From an uncultured Actinomycetota bacterium (GTDB lineage: Bacteria > Actinomycetota > Thermoleophilia > Gaiellales > F1-60-MAGs149), in NCBI GenBank assembly GCA_963767885.1, contig CAVYFW010000014.1, positions 24,420 through 88,419 of the forward strand: a stretch of DNA of 64,000 bases, written 5' to 3'. Below, piece after piece: positions 20,881-31,208 of this stretch; within the stretch, counting starts at the first letter, position 1, and each line of letters starts with the position of its first letter. The notes beneath the pieces are model-generated. The model was not told the DNA's origin. It did no database searches and saw only the letters and a list, made by a program, of their open reading frames with translations. The translations under genes and the position numbers were made by a program.

Positions 20881-21451
20881 CTACTGGTCGACGAAGTTCT
20901 TCCAGTACTGGCTCGGCGTCGGCCCGACCTGGCCCTGGTACTTCGAGCCCAGCCCGCCGCTCCCGTACGGCTGCTCCGCCGCCTCGCTCAGGGCGAGGAA
21001 CGAACACCTGGCCGATCTTCATGCCCGGATAGAGCGTGATCGGCAGGTTGGCGACGTTGGAGAGCTCGAGCGTGACGTGCCCGTCGAAGCCCGGGTCGAC
21101 GAACCCCGCGGTCGAGTGCACCTGCAGCCCGAGGCGACCGAGCGAGCTCTTGCCCTCGAGCCGCGCCACGATGTCGTCCCCGAGCGCCAGGCGCTCCAGC
21201 GTCGCGCCGAGCACGAACTCGCCGGGGTGCAGGATGAAGGCCTCGTCGTCGGGCGTCTCGACGAGCTCCGTCAGGTCCGGCATCGGCACCTTGACGTCGA
21301 TGAACCCGTAGCGGCTGTTGCGGAAGACGCGGAAGCGGCGATCGCAGCGCACGTCGATGGACGCGGGCTGGATCAGCGCGGGGTCGAACGGGTCGAGGCG
21401 GATGCGCCCCTCGCCGATCGCGCGGCGGATGGCGCCGTCGGACAGGACCAT
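20881..21451 (-). CDS. dcd: dCTP deaminase (frameshift near 21003)
   Basis: [40 protein letters not shown]; C-terminal [18 protein letters not shown] in the shifted frame ending at TAG 20881. Confidence 0.93.
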
Positions 21452-21546
21452 CGCGCAATCGTAGAGGCCGCGTCCGGGGCGCCGCGCGGCCGCTGCCGGG
21501 CGCGATACTGTGAGTAGGTTCCAACCGCTATGCAGGAAGGCGCCAC

Positions 21547-22900
21547 GTGACGATCGTCCTCCGCTCGGAGATCCCCGGCCCCCGCTCGCGCGAGCTGACG
21601 GCCCGCAAGGAGCGCGTCGTCGCGCGCGCGAAGACGCTGTGGACGCCGGTGTGGGTCGATCACGCGGAGGGCGCCCTGCTGACGGACGTCGACGGCAACA
21701 CCTTCGTCGACTTCGGGGGCGGCATCGGCTGCCTCAACGTGGGGCACTCGCACCCGCGCGTGACGGCGGCCGTGGTGGAGGCCGCGCAGCGCTTCCTGCA
21801 CACCGACTTCACGATCGTCCCGTACGAGGGCTACGTCGAGCTCGCCGAGCGCCTCCTGGCGCGCGTGCCCATCTCCGGCGAGACGCGCGCGGCCTTCTTC
21901 AACTCCGGCGCCGAGGCGGTCGAGAACGCCGTCAAGATCGCGCGCGCCGCCACGGGGCGCGAGGCCGTCATCGCGTACGAGGGCGCGTTCCACGGCCGCA
22001 CGCTGATGGCCATGTCGCTGACCTCGAAGGTGCGGCCCTACAAGCAGGGCATGGGCCCGTTCGCGCCGGAGGTCTACCGGGTCGTGTTCCCGGACGCCTT
22101 CCGCCTCGGTCCCGACGCGGCCGGGATCGCCCTCAACGACCTGCGGCGCGCCCTCGTGACCCGCGTCGACCCGACGTCGGTGGCCGCGGTCATCATCGAG
22201 CCGGTGCAGGGCGAGGGCGGCTTCGTCCCGGCCAGCCCGGCGTACCTGCACGGCCTGCGCGAGCTCTGCGACGAGCACGGCATCGTCCTCATCGCCGACG
22301 AGGTGCAGACGGGATTCGGCCGCACGGGCCGCATGTTCGCGATGGAGCACATGGGCGTGGAGCCCGACCTCGTCTGCGTCGCCAAGTCGATCGCGGCCGG
22401 CATGCCCCTGTCCGGCGTGCTCGGGCGGCAGGCCATCATGGACGGCCCGGGCGACTCGCAGATCGGCGGCACCTACGTCGGCAACCCGGTCGCCTGCGCC
22501 GCCGCGCTCGCGGTGCTGGACGTCATCGACGACGAGGGCCTGCTGGAGCGCGGCCAGGTCATCGGCGACCGCATGCGCGAGCGCTACCGGGCGCTGCAGG
22601 CGCGCACGCCGGCGATCGCCGACGTGCGCGGCCTCGGGCCGATGCTGGGCCTGGAGTTCGTGCGCGACGACGAGACGCTCGTCGCCCGACCCGGTGCTGG
22701 CGACGCGGGTCGTCGAGGAGGCGCTCCAGCGCGGCGTGATCCTGCTCAAGGCCGGCACGGCGAGCAACGTCATCCGCACGCTGGTGCCGCTCGTGGTCAC
22801 GGACGCGCAGCTCGACGAGGCGCTCGACGTCATCGACGCCGCGGTTTCCGCGGCCGTCAGGCAGGTTCCGGCAGGAACCGCCGGGGGTTCGGCAAGATAG
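21547..22900 (+). CDS. gabT: 4-aminobutyrate aminotransferase, class III PLP enzyme (frameshift near 22690)
   Basis: [50 protein letters not shown]; C-terminus in ORF 22694..22900. Confidence 0.88.
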
Positions 22901-22961
22901 CCCGAGGAGCGGGCCTTCGACCGCCCGCACCCTCGTCCCATGTCGGCTTGAATGCGATCGC

Positions 22962-23426
22962 ATGGGGAGAGGTCACGCGCTACGCGTGCTCGCGCTGCTG
23001 GTCGGGCTCGTTGCCCTGCTGGCCGTCTCGGCGCCCGCCGCGACGGCACGCTCGAGGGCTGGAGACGTCGAGGCCGACGTGCTCGCCCGCATCAACGCGG
23101 CGCGCGCCTCGGCCGGTCGGGCCCCGCTGACGTCGGACGCGCGGCTGGTGCCGCTGGCGCGCTCGCACGCCGTCCGGCTCGCCCGCTCCGGCCAGCTCTT
23201 CCACCGGCCCTACGTGCGCGTCCTGCAGGCCGTGAACGGCACGCGCGCGGGCGAGGTCGTCGGCGTCGGCTTCGACGGCGCGTCGCTCGTCACCGCGTGG
23301 CTGGCCAGCAGCGTGCACCGCTCGATCGTGCTCGGCCGGGGCTTCCGCCTGGCCGGGGTGGGGGTCGCCCGCGGGACGTTCGCGGGCACGGCCGCCTGGT
23401 ACGTCACGGTCGACGTCGCGGGCTGA
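22962..23426 (+). CDS. Secreted CAP/SCP-domain protein
   Basis: Signal peptide, INAARA, LARSHA, GEVVG, WLASSVHRSIVL. Confidence 0.8.
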   Translation: MGRGHALRVLALLVGLVALLAVSAPAATARSRAGDVEADVLARINAARASAGRAPLTSDARLVPLARSHAVRLARSGQLFHRPYVRVLQAVNGTRAGEVVGVGFDGASLVTAWLASSVHRSIVLGRGFRLAGVGVARGTFAGTAAWYVTVDVAG

Positions 23427-23584
23427 TCCCGCGGCCGCCCCGGTGCGGGGCTCGCGTCGCCGTGCGCTGGTCCGGCGACCACCCGATGAGGGGGCTCGCG
23501 TCGCTCAAGACCCTCGGTTGGGGTGCCGATGAGGTACCCACTGCAACCGACGGCTCCGAGCACGGACGCGAGGACTCTCTCACC

Positions 23585-24028
23585 TTGGGCGACTTCCACA
23601 TCAAGAAGATCATCCTGCCGAGCGGCAAGGCGGTCGAGATCGTCTACTTCGACGCCGAGGGGCGTCGCGAGGACGACGACCGCGCCGTGCGCCAGGCCTT
23701 CGACCTCAGCGGCCCGGCCACGCCGGTCGACGCGCCGTCGACGCTCGAGTGCTGCCCGGCCTGCACCGGCACCCTGGTCTATCCGGTGGACTGGCACGAG
23801 GCCGAGGGCGACGCGTGGGAGCTGGAGCTGCGCTGCCCGAGCTGCGAGTGGACGCATCGCGACGTGTACGACCAGGACACCGTCGAGCGCTTCGACGCGA
23901 TCCTGAACGACGCGACCGACGAGCTGATCGGCACGCTGGAGGAGGTCTCCCGCGACAACATGCGGGAGGAGATCGAGCGCTTCGTGGCCGCGCTCGACGC
24001 CGACCTCATCCTGCCGTTCGACTTCTGA
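23585..24028 (+). CDS. Hypothetical protein with CxxC...CxxC zinc-ribbon and acidic helical C-terminus
   Basis: TTG start after GAGGA; KKIILPSGKAVEIVYF, CPAC...LVYPVDW...RCPSC, ending LILPFDF*; strong GC3 bias; start uncertain. Confidence 0.75.
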   Translation: MGDFHIKKIILPSGKAVEIVYFDAEGRREDDDRAVRQAFDLSGPATPVDAPSTLECCPACTGTLVYPVDWHEAEGDAWELELRCPSCEWTHRDVYDQDTVERFDAILNDATDELIGTLEEVSRDNMREEIERFVAALDADLILPFDF

Positions 24029-24116
24029 GCACCCGCCGCACGGACGCGGACGCCCTGCACGCGCGGGCGTAGGCCGGGCCGGCGGGGACCGGGACGCCAT
24101 CCTCTACCCTGCGCGG

Positions 24117-26009
24117 GTGACCGGCGAGCGCATCGGCGACCGGTACGAGCTGAGCGAGCGGCTCGGCTCCGGGGGCACCGCGAGCGTCTGGCGTGCCCGC
24201 GACGTCGCCGACGGCCGGCCCGTCGCGGTCAAGCTGCTGCACCTCGACCGGGCCGAGAGCGCGGAGGCGGTCGCGCGCTTCGAGCGCGAGGCGCGGCTGC
24301 TGGAGGCCGTGCGCAGCGACCACGTGGTGCGGCTCCTGTCGCACGGCGACCACAAGGGCCGGCCGTACATGGTGTTCGCGCTCGTCGACGGCGAGGACCT
24401 GCGCGAGCGCCTGCGCCGCGAGGGGCCGCTGCCGCCCGTCGAGGCGACCCGCATCGCGCTCGCGATGGCGACGGGCCTCGAGGACGCGCACGCGCGCCGC
24501 GTCGTGCACCGCGACCTGAAGCCGGCCAACGTCCTGCTCGACGGCCACGGCGCCGTGCGCATCGCCGACTTCGGGATCGCCCGCATGCTCGAGGAGCCGG
24601 GCCTGACCCAGCCGGGCCGCGTGCTCGGCACCGGCGAGTACGTCTCGCCGGAGCAGGCGCTGGGCCGCAAGGTCGACGGCCGCTCGGACATCTACGCGCT
24701 CGGCGTCGTGCTGTTCGAGATGCTGACGGGCCGCCCGCCGTTCACCGGCCCCGGCTTCGCGGACGTCGCCGCCCAGCACGTGCGCGCCCCGGTGCCGTTC
24801 GTCGGCGACGTCGCCCCGGGCATCCCCGCCTCGCTCACCTCGCTGGTCACCCGCTGCCTGCAGAAGCGCCCCGAGGAGCGGCCCGCGAACGCGCGCCTCG
24901 TGCGCATGGAGCTCGAGGCCATCCTGGCGTCGCTCGAGGACGACGAGTACGAGACCGGCGAGCACGACGCCGTTCCCCTCGCCGCCGGCGCGAGCCCGTG
25001 GGAGGCCGAGCCCGATCCCGTCGACGACCCCTGGCGGACGAGCTCCCAGCACGACGACCACGACGGCGGGGACGACGAGCTCGGCGCCTGGCAGACCGAG
25101 AGCGTCCCGCGCGTGCCACCGCAGCCCCGGGCCCCGGAGCCGCGCTACCTGTACGAGGACGACGCGGTGCCGCCGCGCGTCGGGAGCGACTCGGGCGTCA
25201 CGCGCTGGCTCGCGATCATCGCGCTCGGCCTCGCGCTGCTCGCGGGCGCCTTCATCTGGAACGGCCTCAGCGACGACGACGACGGGACGGCGGGCACGAC
25301 GACGGACGACGCCGCAGCCGGGACGGGCACCGCTGCCGACACGGCCCCGGACAGCACCGCGGCGACCGAGGGGAGCACCGCGGACGAGGCCGAGGACGCC
25401 GTCGCGAGCCGGCCGCTGCGGCTGATCCGATCCGCGTCGTTCGACCCCGACGGCGACGGCGTCGAGCGCGACGACCTGGCGCCGCTCGCCATCGACGGCC
25501 TGCCGGACACCAAGTGGGAGAGCGAGCCCTACCGCGGCTCGCCGGACATCGAGCTCATCAAGCCCGGCGTCGGCCTGATCGTGGAGCTGGCGCGGCCGAC
25601 GGAGATCGACGCCGTGGTCGTGCGCTCGACGCGGCCCGGCTACACGCTCTCGGTCTACACCTCCGCCGAGGCCGACTCGCCGACCGGGCTCGAGGACTAC
25701 ACGCAGGTCGTGACGCCGCGCGAGGTGCTCTCGCCGCAGGTGCGCCTGGCCTTGCGCAAGCCGCTCAAGGCGCGCTACGTCCTGCTCTGGTTCACGAAGC
25801 TCGCGCCGACGGCCGTCAACGACCGCTACGGCGTCGAGGTCAACGAGGTGCGGGTGACGGGCGTGCCGGCCGGCGCTGCGGCGGCGACGACGGGCACGGA
25901 CGCCGGGGCCACGGGCACCGACGAGACCGCCACGGGCGAGGACGGCGCGACGACGACGGACGAGGCCGGCACCGCCGAGACCGCCGACGGCGAGTCCACC
26001 GCGCCCTAG
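24117..26009 (+). CDS. Hanks-type Ser/Thr protein kinase with TM and extracellular beta-sandwich (discoidin-like) domain
   Basis: LGSGGTASVW, VAVK, HRDLKPAN, DFG, GTGEYVSPE; TM; SFDPDGDG...AIDG...W...RYVLLWFT. Confidence 0.9.
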   Translation: MTGERIGDRYELSERLGSGGTASVWRARDVADGRPVAVKLLHLDRAESAEAVARFEREARLLEAVRSDHVVRLLSHGDHKGRPYMVFALVDGEDLRERLRREGPLPPVEATRIALAMATGLEDAHARRVVHRDLKPANVLLDGHGAVRIADFGIARMLEEPGLTQPGRVLGTGEYVSPEQALGRKVDGRSDIYALGVVLFEMLTGRPPFTGPGFADVAAQHVRAPVPFVGDVAPGIPASLTSLVTRCLQKRPEERPANARLVRMELEAILASLEDDEYETGEHDAVPLAAGASPWEAEPDPVDDPWRTSSQHDDHDGGDDELGAWQTESVPRVPPQPRAPEPRYLYEDDAVPPRVGSDSGVTRWLAIIALGLALLAGAFIWNGLSDDDDGTAGTTTDDAAAGTGTAADTAPDSTAATEGSTADEAEDAVASRPLRLIRSASFDPDGDGVERDDLAPLAIDGLPDTKWESEPYRGSPDIELIKPGVGLIVELARPTEIDAVVVRSTRPGYTLSVYTSAEADSPTGLEDYTQVVTPREVLSPQVRLALRKPLKARYVLLWFTKLAPTAVNDRYGVEVNEVRVTGVPAGAAAATTGTDAGATGTDETATGEDGATTTDEAGTAETADGESTAP

Positions 26010-26066
26010 ACGCGGGCCCCGCACATCGGGTGGTGATCCCTCGATCGGGTGACGTATGGTGGTGGC

Positions 26067-26396
26067 GTGGCGATCGCCGCCATCTCCTCCGCCGCCGGGG
26101 CCGAGCGTTCCCGCTGGCCCCACCCGCCCGAGCGCGAGCCCGTCGCCACGGCGCCGCCGCCGCGTGCCCGTCGCCGCGGCCCGGCCGGCGCGGCGCCCGG
26201 GGCCGAGCCCATCGACGTCGACGTCCTGTGGGAGGAGCTCGACGCGCCCTCCCCGCCCGGGCGCCCGCGGTTCCGCCCCTACGTGTTCGGCGGCGCCGTC
26301 CCGCTCGCACCGCCGCGCATCGCGGTGCACGAGGCCTACGTGAGCGCGATGCGCCGCCCGGCCCGCCCCGCGCGGGTCGACCTGCTCGCCGTCTGA
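26067..26396 (+). CDS. Small hypothetical protein
   Basis: GTG 6 nt after TATGGT; fills the gap between the kinase and ddl. Confidence 0.45.
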   Translation: MAIAAISSAAGAERSRWPHPPEREPVATAPPPRARRRGPAGAAPGAEPIDVDVLWEELDAPSPPGRPRFRPYVFGGAVPLAPPRIAVHEAYVSAMRRPARPARVDLLAV

Positions 26397-26409
26397 CGGC
26401 GCCGCCGCG

Positions 26410-27409
26410 TCAGTGCGCCAGCGCGCGCTGCCGTGCGTGCCGCGCCACGGCGAGCTCGATCAGGCGGTCGAGCAGCGCCGGGTAGGGCACGCCCGAGGCG
26501 TCGAAGAGCCGCGCGTAGACGCTCGTCCCCGTGAAGCCCGGGATCGCGTTGATCTCGTTCAGCACGTGGGCGCCGTCGGGCCGCACGAAGAAGTCGACGC
26601 GCGCCATCCCCTCGACCTCGCACAGGCGGGCGGCGCGGCACGCCGTGTCGCGGACGGCCTCGGTCACGTGGGGCGGCAGGTCGGCGGGCACGGCGAGCTC
26701 CATGCCGCCGGGGCTGTACTTCGCCTCGTAGTCGTACCACTCGGCCTCGATCAGGATCTCGCCGACCGCGGAGGCCTCGAGCTCGCGGTCGCCCAGCACG
26801 CCGCACTCCACCTCGCGCCCCGCGACCAGCTCCTCCGCGAGCAGCTTCTCGTCGTGCGCGAAGCCGAGGTCGAGGGCGGCGTCGAGCGCGTCGGCATCCG
26901 GCACGCGCGAGATGCCCACGCTCGAGCCGAGGCGCGCGGGCTTCACGAAGACGGGGTAGCCGACCGCGGCCACGCGGTCCGGCATGCCCTCGCGGGGCTC
27001 GTCGGCGCGCAGCGTCACCGAGCGCGCGACCGGGACGCCCGCGTCGCGCAGCACGGCCTTGGCGACGTCCTTGTCCATGGTCAGCGAGGCGCCCAGCACG
27101 CTTGCCCCGACGTACGCCACGCCGGCCATCTCCAGCAGACCCTGGACGGTGCCGTCCTCGCCGAAGGGGCCATGCAGCACGGGCACCACGACGTCGACGT
27201 CCAGCGCGCGGTCGGCGCCCGAGCTGCAGGTCGACCGGCGCGCCGTCCGGCCACGACCAGCGGCCCTGGCGATCGATGGTGATCGCCACCGCGTCGTAGC
27301 GCGTCGCGTCGAGCGCGTCGAGCACGGACGCCGCCGACATCAGCGAGATCTCGTGCTCCGAGGAGCGCCCGCCGCGCAGCACGGCGACGCGGAGGCGGGC
27401 GCCGCTCAC
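26410..27409 (-). CDS. ddl: D-alanine--D-alanine ligase (frameshifts at about 27200-27260)
   Basis: GGRSSEHEISL, LHGPFGEDG, FVKPARLGSSVG, YDYEAKY, RVDFF, NEINAIPGFT; GTG overlaps pknB stop. Confidence 0.93.
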
Positions 27410-29408
27410 GTGGTTACCGGCGCGGTCTCGGTCGGTGTCGTGTCCGTGTTGCCGAAGTAGTGGCCGACGTTGATGCGCACCCGGTCGCCGGCCACCGCCG
27501 TGGAGCCCTGCTCGGGCGCCTGCGCGATCACGAGCCCGTCCTGGGTGGGGTCGGCGACGGTCACCGTCCGCACGTTCGGGCGCAGGCCCGCGTCCTCGAG
27601 CACCGACACCGCCTCGTCGCTCGTCAGGCCGATCACGCCCGGCACCGGCACGGACTCGGGCCCGCTGGAGACGACGATGCGCACGGTCGAGCCCGGGTCG
27701 ACCTTCGTCCCCGGCGGCGGGTCCTGGTCGATGACGTTGCCGGCCGGGATCGTGCTCGACGACTGCTCGGCCACGTCGACGCCCAGGCCGAGGCCCTGGA
27801 TGGCGGCGCGCGCCTCGCCCTCGCTCTGGTTGATGACGTTCGGCACGGTCGGCTGCTCCGGGCCGCTGGACACGACGAGCCGCACCGTGGAGCCCTTCGC
27901 CACCGACACGCCGGCCAGCGGGGCCTGCGCGACGACCTGCCCCTCGGGCACGTCGTCCGACGGCTGCTCCGTGACCTGGACCTTGAACCCGGCGTCCGTC
28001 AGGGCCTGCTGCGCCTGCTCGACCGGCTGGCCGACGACGCTCGGCGTGTCGACCTCCTCCACGCCCTTGGACACGTTGAGCCGGACCTGCGTGCCGGTCA
28101 GCACCTCGGTGCCGGCCGTCGGGTTCTGCGCGATCACCACGCCGACGGGCTCCTGCGAGAACACGCGGACGATGCGCGGCGTGAGGTTCGCCTGCTCGAG
28201 GGCGTTGACGGCGTCCTCCTCCAGCAGGTCGGTGACCCCCGGGACCTGCACCTGCTCGGCCGTCGTCTCGGTCGACTCGGTGGTCTCCTGCGTGGTGCGT
28301 GGCCTCGGTGCTCTCGATCGACGAGCTGCCCGGCGTGCCGTCGTCGCCGCCGGAGAGGATGATGTAGCCGAGCGCGAGCGCCGCGCCGATGAGCAGCAGC
28401 ACGAAGAGCCACACCCACCAGCGGCTGCCGCCACCGCGCCGGTCGTCGCGGCGGAGGCGGCGGCTCGCGGTAGTACGTCTGCTCCGGCGGCGGCGGGGGC
28501 GGCACGTAGCCGGCCATGCGGGTGGCGCCGCCGGTGACGACCGCCGTCTGCTGCGAGACGCCGAGGCCCTTGCGCACGCGGTCGAGGTCGATGCCCATCT
28601 CGTCCGCCGTCTGGTAGCGGCGGTCGACCTCCTTGGCCAGCGCGCGCATGACGACGCGCTCGAGGTCGGGCTGCACGTCCGGGTTGAGGTGGGACGGCGG
28701 CACGGGCCGCTCCTGCACGTGGCGCATGGCCACCGCGACGGCCGACTCGCCGTCGAACGGGACCCGGCCCGTCAGCATCTTGTAGAGCACGACGCCGACC
28801 GAGTAGAGGTCGGCCGGCGGCCCGACCGGCAGCCCGCGCGCCTGCTCCGGCGAGATGTACTGGGCGGTGCCGATGATCGACCCGGCCTCGGTCATCTCCG
28901 ACGAGCCGGCCCGCGCGATGCCGAAGTCCGTCACCTTCACGCGCCCGTCGCGCAGCAGGATCATGTTCTGCGGCTTGACGTCGCGGTGCACGACGCCGTG
29001 GCGGTGCGCGAAGCGGAGGGCCGCGAGGATCTGCAGCGTCAGGTCGATGGCGCGGCGCGCCGGCAGGTGGCCCTCGTCCGCGATGACGTCGTCGAGGGTC
29101 GGCCCCTCGAGGTACTCCATCGCGATGTAGTAGGAGCCGTTCGCGCGCCCGTGGTCGTAGACCTGGACGATGTTCGGGTGGTTGAGCCCGGCCGCGGCGC
29201 GCGCCTCGCGCTGGAAGCGCTCCACGAACTGCGCGTCGTCGGCGTAGCGCTCGCCCAGCACCTTGATCGCGACCTTGCGGTGCAGCGAGACGTCCTCCGC
29301 CAGGAAGACCTTGGCCATGCCGCCCTGGCCGATCTTCTCGATGAAGCGGTACCGGCCGTCGAAGAGGCCGTCGCCCTGCACGCGCGTCGTGTCGTCAGAA
29401 TGGCTCAT
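27406..29408 (-). CDS. pknB: PASTA-domain Ser/Thr kinase PknB/Stk1 (frameshifts near 28430 and 28300)
   Basis: GQGGMAKV, RFQREARAAAGLNHPNIV, HRDVKPQN, GTAQYISPEQA; TM; four PASTA repeats in ORF 27406..28434. Confidence 0.92.
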
Positions 29409-29469
29409 TCGGCCCGGATCCGCCGGGATTCTTTCACGCGGAGCACGAGGCGTCCGTCACACGGACACG

Positions 29470-30912
29470 TCACAGCAGCGCTCGCAGGACGCGCGCGGCG
29501 ATGGGCGCGGCGGCCTGCCCGCCGGTGGCGTCGGTGTCCTCGAGGATCACGGCGATGGCCGCACGGGGCTCCGCGGCCGGCGCGAAGCCGATGAACCAGG
29601 CGTCGTTCAGGGTGCCGCGACCCGTCTCGGCGGTGCCCGTCTTGCCGGCCACCGAGATGCCCGGGAGCGTCGCCGCGGTGCCCGTGCCGTCGTCGACGAC
29701 CTGGGTCATGAAGTCGGCGAGGGTGCCGGCCGTGGACGGCGTCATCGCCTGGCCGAGCACGTGCGGCGCGGGCCGCTCGACGACCGTGCCGTCCGGCGAG
29801 CGCACCTCCTTCACCGGCAGCGGCTCGACGAGCTTGCCGCCGTTCGCCACCGAGGCCGCCACCAGGCACATCTGGAGCGGCGTCGCGAGCAGGCGCTCCT
29901 GCCCGATCGCGGTGCGCTCGACGTCGATCGGGGCGCCCGGCGGCAGCAGGCGTCCGGCCCGTCGGTACAGGCCCGAGGCGGCGATCTGGTCGCTGGGGTA
30001 GGCCATGGGGATCTTGGAGCCGAAGCCGAAGCGCTCCATCCCTTCGACGAGCGTCTGCTTCCCCAGTTCCTTGCCGACCTGGGCGAACGTGGTGTTGATG
30101 GAGTGCACGAGCCCGAAGCGGAAGTCGTGCGGCCCCGGCGTCTCGCCGCGGAAGTTGCACAGGGGCGGGCCCGTCGTGTCGATGCAGGAGGGCCCGGGGA
30201 AGCGGGTGTCCGGCGTCACCTTGCCGGCGTCGAGCGCGATCGCCGCCGTCACGACCTTGAACGTCGAGCCCGGCGGGTAGAGGCCCTGCGTGCCGCGGTT
30301 GAGGACCGGCGCGCCGGGCGCCGAGAACGCCCGCTGCAGGTCGCGGTCGACGGCGTTGGGGTCGAACGTCGGCGACGACGCCATCACCAGCACGGCGCCG
30401 GTGGTCGGCTCGAGCGCGACGACGGCACCGCGCAGCCCGCTCTCGCGCAGGGCCGCCAGCGCCTCGCGCTGCGCCTTGGCCGACAGGTTGAGGACGAGGT
30501 TGTCGCCGTGGATCGTCTGCCCGCGCGCCTTGTCGAGCAGGTCCTCGAGCCCGCTCGCGAGATCGCCGTTGGCGCCGGTGAGGTAGTCGTTCCACTCCTC
30601 CTCCAGCCCCGCCCGGCTCGCGGCGATCGACGAGTAGCCGACCCACTGCGCGGCGAGCCCGTCCTGCGGGTAGGTGCGGTAGAACAGGGTGCGTCCGTTC
30701 TGCCGCACGCGCCGGTTGCGGGCCAGGACCACGCCGTCGGCCGTCGCGATCGTGCCGCGGTCGACGCTGAGCTCGCGGAACACGAGGCGCGGGTTGGCCT
30801 GGCGCGTGGCGAGGCTCGGCGCGGCCCAGATCTGCCAGTACGTGACGGCGACGATGAGCGCGCCGAACAGCACCAGCACGAAGAGGTGCAGATGCGTGAT
30901 GCGCCGATTCAT
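29470..30912 (-). CDS. pbpA: Class B penicillin-binding protein PbpA
   Basis: MNRRI + TM, YPPGSTFK (SxxK), SIN (SxN), GKTGTA; canonical position after rodA. Confidence 0.92.
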   Translation of the reverse strand: MNRRITHLHLFVLVLFGALIVAVTYWQIWAAPSLATRQANPRLVFRELSVDRGTIATADGVVLARNRRVRQNGRTLFYRTYPQDGLAAQWVGYSSIAASRAGLEEEWNDYLTGANGDLASGLEDLLDKARGQTIHGDNLVLNLSAKAQREALAALRESGLRGAVVALEPTTGAVLVMASSPTFDPNAVDRDLQRAFSAPGAPVLNRGTQGLYPPGSTFKVVTAAIALDAGKVTPDTRFPGPSCIDTTGPPLCNFRGETPGPHDFRFGLVHSINTTFAQVGKELGKQTLVEGMERFGFGSKIPMAYPSDQIAASGLYRRAGRLLPPGAPIDVERTAIGQERLLATPLQMCLVAASVANGGKLVEPLPVKEVRSPDGTVVERPAPHVLGQAMTPSTAGTLADFMTQVVDDGTGTAATLPGISVAGKTGTAETGRGTLNDAWFIGFAPAAEPRAAIAVILEDTDATGGQAAAPIAARVLRALL

Positions 30913-31208
30913 CTCGGCCTCCGGAGGGACGCCAGTTGGTCGCTCCGCGGCCAAGGCCACCGTCACCCCGCGCAGCGGCGCGTCGGCGGCACGGCGCGCT
31001 CGTCCCTCGCTCCGCTCGACCGCGGTCCTCCTCCGTCGATGACCGCTCCGCAGCACATAACTGCCGTGCTGCTCCGCTCTCGCCGGCAGCAGCAGTCGCT
31101 TCGCTCCGAGCGCGCAGGCGCTCCGCTCGTGCCTCGCTCCGCGCAGAGCCGGCCACGCTGAATAACTGGTCTCGCCGCGGTTCCAAGCACTCCTCCGGCG
31201 ACAATTCG
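30913..31208. repeat. ~300-nt nested inverted-repeat (MITE/REP-like) element between rodA and pbpA
   Basis: Nested pairs CCGGAGG 30921/31192, CCGCGGC 30945/31174, GCGCGCTCG 30994/31107, GCAGCAC 31050/31066; recurring CGCTCCG motifs. Confidence 0.65.
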
